The translations under genes and the position numbers were made by a program. The notes beneath the pieces were generated by a model. That model worked only from the letters and a program-made list of their open reading frames with translations, was not told where the DNA came from and searched no databases. Of a DNA stretch of 64,000 bases, positions 60,793 through 64,000 are shown piece after piece. The stretch lies in contig CM052816.1 of the NCBI GenBank assembly GCA_028534125.1, positions 75,208,001-75,272,000 on the forward strand. Reading direction: 5' to 3'. This stretch comes from Lama glama. Its lineage: Eukaryota. The first letter of the stretch is position 1; each line of letters starts with the position of its first letter.

Positions 60793-62002
60793 TTCACCAA
60801 ATCTATACTCCTAAATTCCCCCATGATTCTGTAATGTAGGTTTGGCAGATCCATACATACAAATCCAGGTTTAAAAATGGGTTTGGAACCTTTCTGTATT
60901 ACTCAACTGTGAGAATTTTTGGAGGAAAAAAAGACATTCAAACTTCAATAGTCAGGGAAGACTAATTGGAGACTATTAAACACTAATGGAATAATTGCCT
61001 TAGAATCATGCTAATAGCTTCCTGGCTGCTCATGTTTACTTGGCCAGTTGCTACAGCTTGAATTAAGTAATTATCTCCACCATTTAAAACCACTCCTGAT
61101 GTACCACACAAGTGTTTCGATTTAAGGGAACTGCTGCTTGGTCATCCTCAAAGCTTCAGGTTTTCTTAGGTGAAGCAGCTGGAGAGTGAAGAGCTGCCTA
61201 ATTATTAGCCACCCACTTGGGACAGCTGACTTGGATTACCCAGGGCTTGTGAAAAGAACGACTTGCAGATGTGTGATATTCCCCACCAGGTGTGCAGTTC
61301 TGACATCTTTAAACATTTCTCAAGTGTCTGCGTCTTGAACACTTTCAGAGCCAACTCTCTCAGTGGCTGTTTTGCATTTAAATGGCCTCATGATTTGGTA
61401 TTGACTGGCCTAAGTCATTAAGTTAGTAATCGCTATTAGTAGATTTACTTTCATTTTATTTTTCAAAGGAATGGTACTGTCGGAACACACTGACAGTTCC
61501 TCAGATTTCAGTCTCACTTATCTTTTCTGCCTATCTCTGATAACACCGAGCTAAGTTTTCATTAATACATGTTTGTTTAACAATATCCTGGCATTTTGGA
61601 TTATGAATGATGTGACCTCTCATTACAAGCAGGTGAGAGGATAAACAGGGTTGGAAGCAGGGAGACAAATTATCAAATTCAGGTGAGGGTGAGTCCTGAT
61701 GAATCTCTGGTGAGTCTGCTGAATTTATGGCATCTCTGAAACCAAGTTCTAATGTTATAGTCATGATGCCTCCAGTACCACTGTAAAGAGGTCCACCATG
61801 GGAGCAAGCAAGCTGTTGTTTGATCTGAGATGGGGGTTGGTGATCTGGATCCATGCCACAAAGTCATTCTGCCCCAAATCTAAAAGATCAAGAAGGGTTT
61901 TTCTTCCATGAGAGGGGGTCTGTAACACATTTTCTGGTATGTGATGAAAGTGGTCACATAATATAGCAAATCGACCATGTAATAATGAAAGATTGGCCAA
62001 AA

Positions 62003-62430
62003 TGTTGTGGGACTGGAACCTCAGAAACAGTGCATGTTTCCTTGGTGTCAGAGGAGGTCACTGAGCTGACCATCAGTTGATTGCAAACTGGACTCAGGCA
62101 ATCAGAGGTTCCTTACCTCCTCCCGTCCTTGGAATGTACCTTCTGCCCATCATTTCCACAGTGGGAGCCATTTTCAAGGACACACACAGCCTTGGGAGAG
62201 CAATGTGTTATTGAGACCATCTGGACAGTGTACATGGCTGAACCTCGTTGAAGCCTCTGTGTAAACTTTTAAGATTCTGGTGGGCAGGTGTGGAGAGCTA
62301 CTCATCTTGCAGTTGCCCCCAGAAAACTTCCTGTGTAAGTTCCCTGCTTATTAAACCTGCCACCTACCAATCTGGAGTGATCTGCCTTCCTTCTGTCTCT
62401 CTTTACCAGTTTTTGAGCCAAAACTTGCAC
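62003..62430 (+). mobile_element. ERV solo LTR (family uncertain), sense orientation in intron 1
   Basis: Starts TGTTG. gtaagttccctgcttATTAAAcctgccacc (polyA signal at 62350-62355) is followed by a pyrimidine-rich U5-like stretch. The right boundary is uncertain and no clear TSD was found. Confidence 0.6.
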
Positions 62431-63102
62431 AGGAATTGTTAACTGTACTTTCGATAAGGAACACAGAAATACTTTAGAAATGAATAATTGTTCTTGTAGA
62501 TTTTGTACACTCTTCTAGAAAATGCTAACACCAGTGAAAAAGGAACAGTGATTCTTAGGGAAACTAGATGTTCAGATAGCCCTGATTTCTGTGTTCTTGT
62601 GTTGGCTTTTATTAGTTTTTAATTTCTTTCCTCACAGTGATCTTTTTCTTGCTGTTCCTGGAGCCAACTGTCTTCCTTTTCCTTGTAATTTACTATTTCT
62701 GTTTTGATGGGACAATCTACAGGACAAATCTGGGACTAGATCTAATTGCACAAGTTTCTTTTAGACAGCAGGACTTTTTTCTCCCCATCATTTTAGTCTG
62801 GATAGTAATTTGGAAGTTAATCTTTCAAAGCAGTCAAAAAGCAACAAAATTGTTTAGGATGAATACTTTCTTGTGTTGCCTTTCTGATTCCCAGTTGTGT
62901 TTTTGATTTTGCTAAAAAGAAAAAAAAACTGAAAAATATCTGGAGTGTAATTTACCCTACTAGGGCTTTTTCTTGATAAGTTGAATTGAATCACTGACTA
63001 TAACTAATCAATATAAAGAGAGACATATGCCATTTTACAGTTCACACAGTGTTTTCTCATTACACGTGTGCCTTTCACATGCACTGTCAACAATCTCCTC
63101 AG

Positions 63103-63270
63103 GCCTTGCTACTCAAAGTTGATCCAAGGACCAGCAGCCTCAGGGCACACAGGTGCTTTGCAGACATGCAGCATCTCAGACCCCAGCCCTCAAAACTGTT
63201 TAATCTCAATCTGCACTTTAGCAAGATCCCTAGGTGATTTATATACCCATTTAAGGTTTGAGAAACACTG
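63103..63270. mobile_element. MER5A-like hAT-Charlie MITE
   Basis: ctactcaaagt..gatcc.aggaccagcagc...atgcagcatctcagacccca...atctgcacttta.caagatccc.aggtgatt...aggtttgagaaacactg. Confidence 0.9.
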
Positions 63271-64000
63271 CTTAGGGTGTCTCTAATGGGAACCTTTGTG
63301 TAAGTAGCAGAACCAAATTTAAATATACATCTTTGACTGAGCTCTTTCTAATGGACCATGCAGTTTATCTGTGAGTGTTCAAATTTACAGTCAGGCTTAG
63401 AGCCAGAACCCCATATCTGACTCAAGGCTAATGGCCCAGGTTGGGAACATTTCTGATAACTGACATTACAGTTCATCATGCACCTTGAACAATAAATGTG
63501 ATTTAATTGCTACTTAAGTGTTCAAATTAGGCCACTGTGATAAATGTAAAACCTTCCCCCTCATTTCCTTAAAGTCCTGGTGCTCATTGAGATCAGCTAT
63601 CAAAGCACTTAAAATCAGCCCATCTGGCGATGCTAGTGGTCACTAATGACAATTTAGGAAACATCCCTGGGTTGGTTCTTTGTCCATTTAATCTCATTTT
63701 TGTTGTATTACAGGCCCAGCTACTTTTGTTATATTTATCAGATACAGATTTGTTCACCTTATCTATAAGCTAAAACTTGTAAATATTGCTCCAAAGTAAT
63801 AATGGCATCATACATGCAAAATAATAATCCACATCAGAAAGCCATCAAAAACAAAGGTAAATAGTAAGTCAATAGAAAACCATCAGCCTTGTTCATATTT
63901 GCAATACCCTACTCATTTAAACCATGGTTTACATGGAAGAGAAACATAACTCACTTATTTCATTACTTACGTAGCATAGTCAGTGCTCTAAAATAGTTAA

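Larger units (their letters stand above)
58433..64000 (+). other. PLCXD3: PLCXD3 intron 1 (partial; exon 2 not in window)
   Basis: Starts at the GT donor. I found no exon encoding the expected continuation (SHDSFSFYID...) downstream. Contains MIR, (CA)n, LTR and MER5 repeats. Confidence 0.9.

Overview
Mammalian nuclear DNA, most likely a camelid (alpaca, vicuna or camel). This is inferred from two tRNA-Ala-derived vic-1-like SINEs and the absence of recognisable Alu, BovB/Bov-tA or PRE1 elements. About 58 kb is repeat-rich intergenic sequence: L1 of several ages, L2, CR1/L3, MIR, MaLR/ERVL/ERV1 solo LTRs, hAT-Charlie MITEs and a 500-N scaffold gap. It ends in a CpG-island promoter and coding exon 1 of PLCXD3 (+ strand, ATG 58330, donor after 58432), followed by the start of intron 1. 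No other ORF in the track looks like a real protein. I found no convincing novel biological system. The best leads are candidate cis-elements upstream of PLCXD3 (an extended-spacer RE1/REST site and a palindromic NR5A/ERR site in a solo LTR), G4 motifs around exon 1, and L1 insertion mechanics (twin-primed inversions, possible 3' transductions, a shared truncation point, nested insertions with TSDs). Repeat subfamily names come from remembered consensus sequences. Repeat boundaries are approximate unless TSDs are cited.
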